Below the pieces are notes generated by a model, which worked only from the letters and a program-made list of their open reading frames with translations, searched no databases and had not been told where the DNA came from. DNA of 20,000 nt, taken from the NCBI RefSeq assembly GCF_004010195.1, contig NC_057719.1, positions 3,871,691 through 3,891,690 of the forward strand, written 5' to 3'. Below are positions 1-9,995 of the stretch, in pieces. Source of the DNA: Chiloscyllium plagiosum. Taxonomy: Eukaryota. Every line of letters begins with the position of its first letter. Position 1 is the stretch's first letter. A program made the translations under genes and the position numbers.

Positions 1-27
1 AAAAAAGAAAAATCAGATGACCATGCA

Positions 28-72
28 TTATCTTATTGCTGCCTGTGGGATCTTGCTGTGCACACATTTTGA
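28..72 (+). mobile_element. Deu-domain SINE fragment
   Basis: TTATTGCTGCCTGTGGGATCTTGCTGTGCACA resembles the Deu-domain core (ATTGCTGTTTGTGGGATCTTGCTGTGCGCA, recalled) and the in-window copy near 2085-2110. Confidence 0.45.
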
Positions 73-1017
73 CTGGCATGCTTCCAATCTCATTCGTGAC
101 TTACATCTCACATTTACTGTAAGACACTAATCTAGAATAAATCTTTGTACAAGCGCAGGTTATGTCAAACTGTGTTCATGTTAAATAGTTAGCAGAGTCA
201 GGCCAAGTCCATGCCTGGAGCTTGAGCATAAGGCCAACACCCCAGGGATCCAGGATGACTTTTGGAGTGTGGGAAACATGAAGTATGCCATTAATAACTT
301 CCTCGCTTCCTGACCTTGCCATAATCACCATTCTTTGCTCTCTAGATCTAATGTGGAGAGGAAGTCCAGAGACTTGCAGTACCATGGCATCCTGAATTCT
401 CGGAATCAGGGCTAATTGCTTAACCTGCCTTTCCAGTGTAGGGCACCTGGGCATCTAAAATGAGGCAAAGATACCCCAATTTGCTGTTTTTAGTTGGCAA
501 GTGTCGATATAAGAACGTGAGATCGTAACTGCTTTCTTTTAAATTAGGATTTGACCTGAAGTTCACATCTTTCTTTTGTGATATTTCGATCAAACTCAGA
601 GTGGGGTGCAGAGCTCTTAGATAGATGATGGGGAGGAGGAATTCAGCAAGTGTTCTCTCTTGATTTCTGTCTAGCAAACCCTGGTCGAATAAAAAGTGCT
701 AGAAATACTCACCTTGATCAGATGGGCTAATGGGTTGAGGAGTGTCAGATGGAGTTTAATTTAAATAAATGTGAGGTATTGCATTTTGGTAAGACAACTC
801 AAGACAGGACTTATACACTTAATGGTAAAGTCCTGGGGAGTGTTGCCGATAAAAAGACCTTGCATGCAGGTGCATAGTTCATTGAAGGTACAATCACAGG
901 TAAACAGGGTAATGAAGAAGGCATTTGGTACACGTCTTTATTGGTCAGTGAAGTGAGTAAAGGAGCTGAGATTTCAGTTTGCGGGTGTACAGGAAATTGG
1001 TTAGGTCACTTTTGGAA

Positions 1018-1154
1018 AAAGTGAGGACTGCAGATGCTGGAGATCAGAGCTGAATAAATGTTTCCTGAAGAAGGGCTCATGCCCGAAACGTCGATGCTCC
1101 TGCTCCTTGGATGCTGCCTGACCTGCTGCGCTTTTCCAGCAACACATTTTCAGC
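1018..1154. mobile_element. Short PLE terminal-repeat insert (inverted tail plus forward repeat) with 16-bp TSD
   Basis: TAGGTCACTTTTGGAA occurs at 1002-1017 and 1155-1170. The insert matches the arms of the 5579-5793 element. Confidence 0.8.
1062..1096 (+). ncRNA. Minimal hammerhead ribozyme motif (PLE type)
   Basis: CTGAAGA(1065-1071)-A-GGGC-TCAT-GCCC-GAAA-CG-TC(1092): CUGANGA box, stem II, GAAA box, palindromic ACGU and a UH site. Confidence 0.65.
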
Positions 1155-1765
1155 TAGGTCACTTTTGGAATACTGCATTCAATTCTGGTCTCCCCTTCTA
1201 TAGGAAAGATGTTGTCTGACTAAAAGGGGTGCAGAAAAGATTGACAAGGATGCTGCTTGGGCTGGAGGATTTAAGCTAGAGTGAAAGGCTGTGGCTATTT
1301 TTCCTGGAGATCAGAGGTTCAGGGGTGACCTTATAGAGGTTTATAAAATTATGAGGGGCATGGATAGGGTGAATAGCCAAGGTCTTTTTCATAAGGTAGG
1401 CAAATCCAAAACTAGCAGGCATAGGTTTAAGGTGAGAGGGGAAAGGTTTAAAAGGGACATAAGGGGCAATTCTTTCATGCAGGAGGTATGCAATGAGCTG
1501 TCAAACGAAGTGGTGAAGACTGGTACAATTACAATATTTAAAAGGCATCTGAAAGGGTACATGAATAGGAAATGTTTAGAGGGCTATGGGCCAAATGCTG
1601 GCAAATGGAACTAGACTAGGTTAGGATATCTGGTCGGCATGGACGAGTTGGACTGAAGTGTCAGTTTCCGAGCTGCACATCTCTAAGACTCTGTCTGTGA
1701 ATTAGTGTTTCAGGGTCACTGATTTCTAAGTTAGTTATACATGAAGAACGCTAATGGCCTCTAAT

Positions 1766-2224
1766 GTCACCTGTGGTTCAATGGGTAAAATTAACATCTC
1801 TGAGCCAGAAAGTTGAGAATTCAAACACCATTCCACACAGTTGAACATTTAGCGCAGACTGACATGTCCAATGCAGTACTAAGGAAGGGTTACATTGTGG
1901 GAGGGGTTATCTTTCTGAGAAAATGTTAAATCAAGAATCCTAGCTTACCCTCATAGGCTGATATGAAAATTGTAATGGCCCAAGATCCCTACTTTGAACA
2001 ACAGATAACTTCTCCTGGGCTCCCAGTCAACGTGCAATATTTATCCCTCAAACAATATCACTGAAAATTTGTCATTTGGTCATTATCACATTGCTGTTTA
2101 TGAGATTTGGATGAACGTTAATTGAAAGTCGCATTCCCAATAGTGACTACACTTTGAAAATATTTAATTGGCAATAAAGTGGGATGTCATGAAAGATGCT
2201 GTGTAATCACAAGTTCTTTCTTTC
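1766..2224 (+). mobile_element. Full-length, diverged tRNA-derived Deu-domain SINE (SacSINE1/AmnSINE-like)
   Basis: A-box-like TGGTTCAATGG at 1774 and a decayed B box near 1817. Body motifs TGCAGTACTAAGG, AATATTTATCCCTCAA, GGTCATTATCACATTGCTGTTT and AGTGACTACACTT. Ends in a TTCTTTCTTTC tail. Confidence 0.8.
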
Positions 2225-2804
2225 ATTGTGATTCAGGTTCAGTTCACTTATTCAAGTGCTAAACCCATATATGAAATGAAACATTACATTAGATGCAAAG
2301 ATATCTGGGTTAACGTGCCCCACATGAACAATTACACTTTTTATTGTGACCAGGTGACATGCATGAATTCCAAAGCGTCTCACGTCACTTAAGGGTATAT
2401 AAACCAAACTAGTTGTTTCTTATAAAAGAAATAAAATGACGAAACAATTATTTACAGCAGTGGTCAGTACTTCTTAGTATAACAATTAATATTGCCACCT
2501 TGATTTCTAAGATGTTGATCTGCAGGATATTGGGTCAGCCACACAGTGTGAGAATGAACTCAAGTGCATGTAAAAACAAGAAAGAGTGACAACTTCGAGT
2601 TTTACTGAATTCAGAATCACATTTTGCTATGGTAAAGATTTGAAAACTTGATTTTTAAGTTGCTTGTCCAGTGCTATATCTATTAGGTCACCATACCTGA
2701 TTGGTTGGATGAGTTTGGAGATGTTTAAAGTGGTTGATGACGTAAAGTTTGAATGGGTATAGAATTGGCAAATCAGTATAACATATAATACATCTCAAAC
2801 TGGA

Positions 2805-3297
2805 GATCAGACTTTGGAGAAGGTGCAGAATAGATGTATTAGAATGGTAATATCTGTAACAGACTTAATGAGAGATTGAATAAGTTGCTCTTTTTTAGAG
2901 GATGAAGAAGTTTTTTTTCATTTGAGGGACCTTATGTGAAACTGGAGAAGTTGTTTTCCTTTCTCTCTTCAGAGAAAAGGTAAAAGGGAGATGGTTTGGA
3001 ATGGTTTTGACAGTAAATAAGGGGAAACTTCAAATGGAAGAAAAGTCAGCTACCAGAGCACATTAGTTTCAGATAACTGGCAAAGGAATCACACATGAAG
3101 AAATATTTATTTTAAGCAACGAGATGTTATGATCTGGCATGGTGGTGAAAGAGGATTCAATAATAACATTTGAAAGACAATTGAATAAATATTGAAGGGG
3201 AAAAATGTGTGGCTGTGAGGAAGGAGAGGCCGGGTCAGGGCAGTGAGATTAATTAAAGAACTGGCACAACACAAGGGGTCAAGTGGCTTCCTTACAG
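2805..3297 (+). mobile_element. Old CR1-type LINE 3' fragment
   Basis: TTGGAGAAGGTGCAGAATAGATGTATTAGAATGGTA (LEKVQ.R..RM), ACTGGAGAAGTTG and GTTATGATCTGG, with a 3' end GGGGTCAAGTGGCTTCCT; heavily diverged. Confidence 0.6.
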
Positions 3298-3852
3298 ACA
3301 TGTGAAGTAGAAGCAAAAGTCAACCATTTGACTGTCTAGTCTGCTCTGCTATTCAGTAAGATTATGACTAACCTGTTTATGTTTTGAATTCCACATTCCC
3401 ATCCAGCCCTGAACACCCTTGATTCCCTGCCAAACAAGAATCTGTTCTGAGGAAGGGTCACTGAACCCAAATAATTAACTCTGCTTGCTCCCCACAGATG
3501 CTGGCAGACCTGCTGAGCTTTTTCCAGCGTGTTCTTTTTGCTTTTGATTTCCAGCAACCATAGTTCTTTTTTCTGTCTATGAACTTATCCATCTCCAACT
3601 TAAAAATATTCAGCAACCCCTCTGCACTTTCTTCTGAGGCAGTCAGTTGTAAAGTCACATGACATTTTTAGAGAAAAAAATATCATCTCTGTCCTAAAAG
3701 GGTGACCCCTAATTTTAAAACCCTATTCTTCTGGACTGTACTCCCAAGAAAAAAACATTGTCTCCATGTCCACCTTGTCAGGACCATTCAGAATCTTATG
3801 CACTTCCAACCTGCAGTGGAAAGAAGTCCAGCCTGTTTAATGTTCCTCATAA
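3298..3852 (-). mobile_element. CR1-type LINE 3' fragment, interrupted by a PLE repeat
   Basis: Minus-strand translation LLNIFKLEMDKF. Parallels the 15313-15890 copy (CCTTGATTCCCTGCC..ACAAG; CTTGTCA.GACCATTC). Confidence 0.7.
3444..3570 (+). mobile_element. PLE terminal repeat (distinct family) with decayed hammerhead motif
   Basis: GTT-CTGAGGA-A-GGGT..ACCC-(GAAA box mutated)...AAC, followed by GATGCTGGCAGACCTGCTGAGCTTTTTCCAGC, homologous to the other copies. Confidence 0.7.
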
Positions 3853-3929
3853 CACACTGCGTTTATTCTTGCTGTGCTGTTACATTGTAAGATTCCATGA
3901 ATGCAGCTAAAATACTTCAATTTTGTCAG

Positions 3930-4015
3930 TAAACAGAATGAAACCCTACGAGGTTTATACAGGGGAATGCGCGCACCTGCAGATTCATCTGAACGGACAG
4001 GCAATTGAATACAAG
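3930..4015 (+). CDS. Possible internal coding exon of an unidentified gene
   Basis: Acceptor TTTTGTCAG, open frame NRMKPYEVYTGECAHLQIHLNGQAIEYK, donor AAG|GTAATC. Lies in a non-repeat island that retains CpGs. Peptide not recognised. Confidence 0.3.
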
Positions 4016-4029
4016 GTAATCTCATTTTT

Positions 4030-4675
4030 AAAAATTCATTTGTGGGATGTGGGCGTCGCTAGCTAATCAGCATTTAATTTTCATGCTAAGTTACCCTTGA
4101 GAAGGTGATGGTGAGCTGCCTTCTTGAACCACAGTAGTATATTTGCTGTGGGTTGACCCACAATGCCATTGGGAAGGGACTTCCAGAATTCTGACTTAGT
4201 AACAGTGAAGGAATGGCGATATATTTCCTAGTTAGCATGGCGCGTGGCTTGGAAGGGAACTTACAGAAGGTGCCCGTGTCCTTCTAGATGGAAGTGATCG
4301 TGGGTTTGGGAGGTGCTGTCTGAGGATCTTTGGTATACTTCTGCAGTGCATCTTATAGATAGTACACACTGCTTCTATTGAGCATTGGTGGTGGAAGGAG
4401 TGGATATTTCTGGGTGTGGTGCCAATCAAGCGGGCTGCTTTTGTCCTGGATGGTATCAAGCTTCTCGAGTGTTGTTGGAGCTGCATCCATCTGTCACACT
4501 CCTGACTTGTGCCCTGTAGATGGTGGATGAGCTTTGGGGAGTCAGGAGGTGAGTTACTCAGCACTATATTCCCAGCTTCTGACCTACTGTTGCAGCCACT
4601 GTGTTTATGTGGCAAGTCCAGTTGAGCTTCTGATAGATAGCAACCCCCAGGATGTTGATAGTTGGGACTTTGCAC
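4030..4675 (-). mobile_element. CR1-group LINE (second family) 3' fragment
   Basis: KAARLIGTTPRNIHSFHHQCSIEAVCTIYKMHCRSIPKILRQHLPNPR; clearly homologous to 8843-9381. Confidence 0.8.
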
Positions 4676-4829
4676 TCACAAAACCCTTAGTAAGTCAATC
4701 CCTATATTGAGGAGCAATCTGATTGAACTGATCTATTTGAGCTAGTCAATAACCTACACCAATGCTTGGTGATAGCAGCCAATAGTACTTGTACAGTAGA
4801 GGTGTGGTATGGTGATGACAGCCTGAGGT

Positions 4830-5322
4830 ATCATAGAGTCATTGAGACTTACAGGTCGGAAACAAGCCCTTTGGCCCAAACTGGCCCATGCTGACCAAAA
4901 TGTCTGTTCACACTAATCCGATTTCCCTGCACTTGGCCCATATCCTTCTAAACCTTCCCTATCCATGTATTTGTCCAAATGCCTCCTAAATGTTGTTAAT
5001 GTACCCTCCTCAACCACTTCTGCCGGCAGCTCATTCCATATGCGTACCACCCTCTGTGTAAAAACGTTGCCCCTCAGGTTCCCTTTTATTCTTTTCCCTC
5101 TAACCTTAAACTGATGGCCTCTAGTCCTCAATTCCCCAACCCTGGGAAAAAGACTGAGTGCATTCACCTTATCTCTGCCTCTCATGATCTTCTACACTTC
5201 TATAGGATCTCTCCTCAGTCTCTTTTGCTCAACAGAAAAATTTCCTAGCTTGTCCAACATCTCCCTATTACTCAGACCCTTGACTCCTGGCAATATCCTT
5301 GTAAATTTCTTCTGGACTTTTC
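4830..5322 (-). mobile_element. CR1/HER1-type LINE 3' fragment
   Basis: ORF 4913-5185: MRGRDKV...TRGHQFKVRG...RGNVFTQRVVRIWNELPAEVVE...FRRHLDKYM...GYG. Confidence 0.9.
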
Positions 5323-5324
5323 TG

Positions 5325-6070
5325 CAAAGTGAGATCTGGAACCACAGTTAAGTAGGATAAATTGGCCTTGGAGAAGTACAACATAGGCTTACAAGAATGA
5401 TACCTGGCCTTCAGAGCATAAGCTATGAGGAAATATTAGGCCTGTTGTCTCCAGAATTCAGAAGGTTAAGGTCTGATCTGATTGAAATCTTCAAGATGTT
5501 AGCATGAAAAGACAAGGTTGATAATGATAAACCATTCCCAATGGTTGGGGATTCTTGAACCAGGGGCATGAGAATTAGAGGAGAAAGTGAGGACTGCAGA
5601 TGCTGGAGATCAGAGCTGAAAATGTGTTGCTGGAAAAGCGCAGCAGGCCAGGCAGCATCCAAGGAGCAGGCGAATCAAAGTTTCGGGCATGAGCCCTTCT
5701 TCAGGAATCTCAGGCTCATGCCCGAAACTTCGATTCTCCTGCTCCTTGGATGCTGCCTGGCCTGCTGCGCTTTTCCAGCAACACATTTTCAGCATGAGAA
5801 TTAGGGCTGGAACATTTAGGAGAGATGTTAGGAAGCATCTTTACACATAAAGGGTGGTAGATGTTTGGAACGTTCTTCTACCAACAGCAGTGGAAGTGAG
5901 ATCAATTGTTAATTTTCAATCTGAGATAGATTGTTATTTTGTTAAGCAAATGTATTAAGGGATACAGGCCAAAGGGAAGCGTATGGAGTAAAGTCACAGA
6001 TCAGTCATAATCTCATTGAATGATGGAACAGGCTCAAGGGGTTGAATGGCTTCCTCCTGTTTCTATGTTA
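5325..6070 (+). mobile_element. CR1-type LINE 3' fragment, split by a PLE fold-back insert
   Basis: Pieces translate to ALEKYN, RRLRSDLIEIFKML and RVVDVWNVL. The 3' UTR is GATCAGTCATAATCTCATTGAATGATGG...GAATGGCTTCCTCCTGTTTCTATG. Confidence 0.85.
5579..5793. mobile_element. PLE inverted terminal-repeat pair (fold-back) with TSD
   Basis: Arms 5615-5695 and 5713-5793 are reverse complements (79/81). An unpaired ~36-nt tail occupies 5579-5614. (GC)ATGAGAATTAG is duplicated at 5566-5578 and 5792-5804. Confidence 0.85.
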
Positions 6071-6464
6071 CTATTACATAACATTGAAAATGTTGGTTGT
6101 ACATTCCTTAACAAAATAACTGAAACTAAAATATTCCTTGTTACAGTTATTTTCTTTTCCTCACAGAAGTTCTGTAGGCGTTTTGTCTGTGAATCAAGCA
6201 TACTGCTTTTGAAATGAATGCATTACTTCCATTTTAAGTGTGATGATTTAAAAATTGGATCCAAATAGGGACAAGAAATTCCATCTGTTTTTATAATCCC
6301 CAAAGGATACAGGGCTCTTGAAATGAGCTGATCCTTGTTTGCTGTTGCGAAAATGGTGGCAGGCCATGTTCTTAAATACTCAAAGTATTCCCATAAAAAG
6401 TACATTTGAGTAGGAAATATGAGATCCTGGTATACACAGCAACCATGCTGCCCCTGAGGTGGCA

Positions 6465-6550
6465 GCAGTAAATATTGAAGGTAGTGAATGGGTGGAGGGC
6501 GGGGGGGGATGCTAATCAAGCAGGCTGGTCTGTACTGGGTGGTGTCATCT
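6465..6550 (-). mobile_element. Small fragment of the 4030/8843 LINE family
   Basis: GCTAATCAAGCAGGCTGGTCTGTACTGGGTGGTGTCA aligns with GCTAATCAAGAGGGCTGCTTTGTCCTGAATGGTGTCA at 9229. Confidence 0.55.
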
Positions 6551-6587
6551 GGGCATCATGCAAGGATAGATAATCCAGCCCCTGGCC

Positions 6588-6848
6588 ATATCTGCATTTG
6601 GTCTCAATAGTGTGAAGGAGACAGTGTTGGGAACAGCGAATACAGTACATCAGATTGAAAGAAGTACAAATGAAATGTTGCTTCACCAGGAAAGTGTATT
6701 TGGGGCCTAAGACTGTGAGGAGACAGAAGGTGAATGGATAAGTGGTACATCTTCTGCAATTGTGTGGGAAGATACCGTGAGGAAAGTGTTAGGAGTAATG
6801 AAGGATTGAACCAGGACACCACCGAGGGAACAGTCCCAGTGAATATGA
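6588..6848 (-). mobile_element. PLE fragment covering the linker and start of the GIY-YIG endonuclease, decayed
   Basis: Minus strand gives DCSLGGVLVQS..., LLTVLGPKYTFLVKQHFICTSFNLMYCIRCSQH, homologous to the 14400-14650 region. Confidence 0.7.
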
Positions 6849-6849
6849 T

Positions 6850-6976
6850 TAATAAAGGGATTAAAGGTTACAGAGAGAAGGCAGTAGAATGGGGTCAAGA
6901 ACTATATTAGCCATGATTGAATAGTGGAGCATTCTCAATGGGCCAAATGGCCTAATTCTGCTCCTATATCTTATGG
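6850..6976 (+). mobile_element. CR1 3' tail
   Basis: AAAGGTTACAGAGAGAAGGCAG...AGCCATGATTGAATAGTGGAGCA...AATGGCCTAATTCTGCTCCTATATCTTATGG. Confidence 0.8.
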
Positions 6977-7020
6977 ACAATGGTTCTCTACCCCCACAGC
7001 TTCCCTCACAAGAACACTTA

Positions 7021-7113
7021 GCCTGATGAAGGAGCAGTGCTCTGAAAGCTTGTGATTTCAAATAAACCTGTTGAACTATAACCTGATGTTGTGTGACTTC
7101 TGACATTGTCCAC
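7021..7113 (+). mobile_element. PLE terminal repeat (third family) with intact hammerhead core
   Basis: CTGATGA(7023)-A-GGAGC-AGT-GCTCT-GAAA-GC-TT-GTGA, then AAATAAACCTGTTGAACTATAACCTG. A related copy lies on the minus strand at 15590-15667. Confidence 0.7.
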
Positions 7114-7300
7114 AAGAACAGAAGCAGTGAGGGACCATCATCACCTTCAAGTTCCCCTTCAGATTACAGTCTCTCCTGCCTTAACCATATTATTGTTGCG
7201 TGGTCAAAATCCTGGAATTCCCGACTTAGCAATGTCTTTACTGCTACATCTTCTCAGAGCAACCAGGAGCAGGAAATAATCATGGCTGTGAACAAACTAA
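7114..7300 (+). mobile_element. Old fragment of the 4030/8843 LINE family
   Basis: CACCTTCAAGTTCCCC and GGTCAAAATCCTGGAATTCCC are reverse complements of motifs at about 9043-9058 and 8964-8984. Confidence 0.65.
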
Positions 7301-7721
7301 TAAACAAACTACAAAATTCTGCTTCACCAAAGAGTTAAACATTACATTCTTTGTATTTCCACCCCCACAAATCAAACTCTTCAGCATGTTGTCTAGATTA
7401 CAGGCTCTCTCCTGCTTCTGTGTTTTCCATTGAGCTAGTTTCCACTTTAGAAAGCTTGGAGGTAATAATGAAGCAGAATATTAATAGACATATTATGTGG
7501 GAATTATGGCAAATATGTGAAGAATCTTTCTGACCTTGTCTTTTCATTCCAATCCAATGTGAACAAATGACTTTTTTTTAGAGAGGACAAGAGGGAAAAA
7601 GAATTTAATCTCATTCATGTTGCCAGATGTAAGGATCTTTAAAATAATTATATTTCGATATTTTTTGAAGTGGTTAATTTGAATGTAAAGCAAATCTGTG
7701 ATGCAACATACTTAGGAGTTC

Positions 7722-8836
7722 AATTTATGAGTTTTTAACTAATGAGAAGGATAACTTATGAGGGATGCATTTAGGAAGATCTGATTTATGGGGTGTGTGC
7801 TTATATAGGATTTGAAAATGGAGGGGTTGATTTATGATGGTTTGATTTGTAAGGAACTTGACATATGAGGGAGCTAGATTTATGAAGGTCAGATATGTTG
7901 GGTTTGAAATATGGAAGGTTAATTTATGACAGTCTAATTTATGAGGACCCAATTTATGAGGGTTTGTTTTTGTAAGTTTTTGATTTCTGACTGGTATTGA
8001 TTCACAGGGTTCTTTCCAGCAAGTTGATTTATGGGAGATTAATTTATGAGGTTTGAATGAAGAGGGGTTGATTTGAGGCATATTTATGATGATTTAATCT
8101 GTGAGGGGTTGTTTATGAGAAAAATGGTTTATGAAGGTTTTGATTTATAAGGGATTTTGATTTACAGGGCTTGATAGTGGGATGCTTCATGGAGGATTGG
8201 CTTGCACTGTGAGAGTTTATTTGTGAAGAAAATTAAATTGATTTGGAAAGGTTGATTTTTGTGTGTTTAGTCACAAGATGTATGATTGACCAAAAACTCA
8301 ACTTTGAGGATTTGATTTATGAGGACTTTGATTACTTGGGAGGGTGGATTTACGAAAGGATTTTATTTATAGGATTGGAATTAGGAGGGGTTTGATTTGT
8401 TCAGAATCTGACGAGGAGTTTGATTTCTTTTGATTTGTCATACAAGAGGGGTATTGATTTATGAGGGGTTAGATTTATGAAGGATATTCATGAATAATTT
8501 TGTCAGCAAGAGGTTTATTTAAAACATTAGGTGATTTATGAAGGGTTTTATTCCATGAAAGATTGATTCATGTGGTTTTGAGCTAACAGACGGTTTATGT
8601 ATAATTGTTTGATTTTTCAGGATTTTTTGGGGGGTTCATGAATGAATGTTTGATCTGTAAGAGTTTACTTACTATAGAAATGGGTTGTGAGGGATTTTGA
8701 TTTATGAAAGATTGTTTCGTGTGGTTTGTAGTTGAAAGAATATGATAAGTGAGCATCTGGGTATTAATGATCTGATTGGGGAGAGGCATTAGGGATTTAT
8801 GAATGGGAAATCGTGTTTGACAAAATTGGATTTATT
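7722..8836. repeat. Degenerate minisatellite, ~16-bp unit of approximate consensus TGATTTATGAGGGGTT
   Basis: Dozens of variants of GATTTATGA(G)n(T)n; the plus strand is strongly C-poor. Confidence 0.85.
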
Positions 8837-8842
8837 AAAAAT

Positions 8843-9381
8843 ATTCAATTATGGGATGCTGGCATCACTCCATTGGCTGCCCATCTCTAGTTGCCCTTGA
8901 GATGGTGGTGAGCTGTCTTCTTAAAACGTTGCAGTCCATGTGCTGTAGGAAGACCCACAGGGAGGGAATTCCAGGATTTTGACCCAGCAACAGCGAAGAA
9001 ACAACAATATATTTCCAAGTCAAGATTGGGAATAGCTTGGAGGGGAACTTGAAGGCGGTGGTGTTCCCATATATCTGCTGCCCTTGTTCTTCTAGATGGA
9101 AGTGGTCATGGGTTTAGAAGATGCTGTCAGAGGAGCTTTGATGAATTTCTGCAGTGTATCCTGTAGATGGTACACACTGCTTCTACTGACCATCGGTGGT
9201 GATGGGAGTGGATGCTTGTGGATGTGGTGCTAATCAAGAGGGCTGCTTTGTCCTGAATGGTGTCAAGTTTCTTGAGTATTGCTGGAGCTGCACTCATCCA
9301 GGCAAGTGGTGACTCTTCCATCACAGTCCTGACTTGTGCCTTGTAAATGACGGACTGTGCTTGAAGTCAGGAGGTGAGTTA
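8843..9381 (-). mobile_element. CR1-group LINE (second family) 3' fragment
   Basis: SPLAWMSAAPAILKKLDTIQDKAALLISTTSTSIHSHHHRWSVEAVCTIYRIHCRNS. Confidence 0.85.
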
Positions 9382-9518
9382 AGAAATGGTTTCCTCTTAA
9401 GACTAGAGTCTAGGACCAGAGAGTACAATCTCAGAGTTAGGAGTCGCATGTTTAGGACAGAGAGGAGGAGACCTTTATTCTCTCAGAGGGTTGTGAATCT
9501 GTGTGATTATAATCTGTC

Positions 9519-9863
9519 TGAATTGGTGATGCTAAATTGTGGGAATAGAATTACATTACTGTCCAATTTCAAAGCAGTTTCCCCTTTACATATCTTGATT
9601 TGTTGCCTACACACAGACAGGCAGAAGACTGTACTTTATGATTTTTGATTCATTTTGCTCGTCAAAAGCGGCCTTGTTTATTCTCAGCAGAAAGGATATT
9701 CAGGGATGTGTAGGTTAGGTGTATTAGTCAAGAGTAAATGTAGAGTAATAATGTAGAGGAATGGGTCTGTTTGGGTTACTCTTCAGAGGGTCGGTGTGGA
9801 CTTGTTGGGTCTAATGGCCTGTTTCCACAATGTAGGGATTCTTTGAATGATCTATCTATGAAT
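9519..9863 (+). mobile_element. HE1-like SINE 3' half, interrupted by a 157-bp insert
   Basis: TGAATTGGTGATGCTAAATTG ... TTCAGGGATGTGTAGGTTAGGTGTATTAGTC ... GGGTCGGTGTGGACTTGTTGGG..AATGGCCTGTTTCCACAATGTAGGGATTCT, matching a recalled shark SINE consensus. Confidence 0.7.
9538..9694 (-). repeat. Inverted duplicate of 10557-10713
   Basis: Manual alignment gives 153/157 identity with no gaps. Confidence 0.95.
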
Positions 9864-9995
9864 AATCAGTAAATGGAATCAAAGGTTGTGGGGAAAAAAA
9901 ACAGGAAAGTGGAGTTCAGACATGATCTCATTGAATGGTGGAACAGACTTGATGAGCTAAATGGCCCAATTTTGCTCTTACGTCTTATCATTTTG

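Larger units (their letters stand above)
711..1695 (+). mobile_element. CR1/HER1-type LINE, 5'-truncated and decayed (RT C-terminus plus 3' UTR), split by a PLE insert at 1018-1154
   Basis: ORF 1291-1614 reads RGDLIEVYKIMRGMDRV...RHRFKVRGERFKRDIRGNSF...EGYGPNAGKW, a typical CR1 ORF2 end. Upstream pieces translate to QMEFNLNKCEVLHFG and LLEYCIQFWSP, with frameshifts. Confidence 0.9.
9385..9988 (+). mobile_element. CR1 3' fragment in two pieces (9385-9503 and ~9866-9988)
   Basis: ESRTREYNLRVRSRMFRTERRRPLFSQRVVNL, then resumes as GGAATCAAAGGTTGTGGGG...CATGATCTCATTGAATGGTGG...AATGGCC. Confidence 0.75.

Noticed and set aside
687..710. Possible PLE repeat scrap (AAAAGTGCTAGAAATACTCA)
   Set aside because: Too short to support.
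1766..1840. tRNA gene
   Set aside because: It is the decayed head of a SINE, with no intact cloverleaf or B box.
5568..5804. Two near-identical ORFs on opposite strands
   Set aside because: An artefact of the inverted repeat.
7396..7461. Plus-strand exon candidate ending GAG|GTAATA
   Set aside because: Weak acceptor, unrecognised peptide and no supporting context.
7725..8789. His/Lys/Pro/Asn-rich ORFs (7725-8081, 8595-8789)
   Set aside because: Translations of the minisatellite.
7722..8836. CRISPR array or telomeric repeat
   Set aside because: Units are degenerate with no unique spacers and no cas genes, the context is eukaryotic, and the unit is not TTAGGG.
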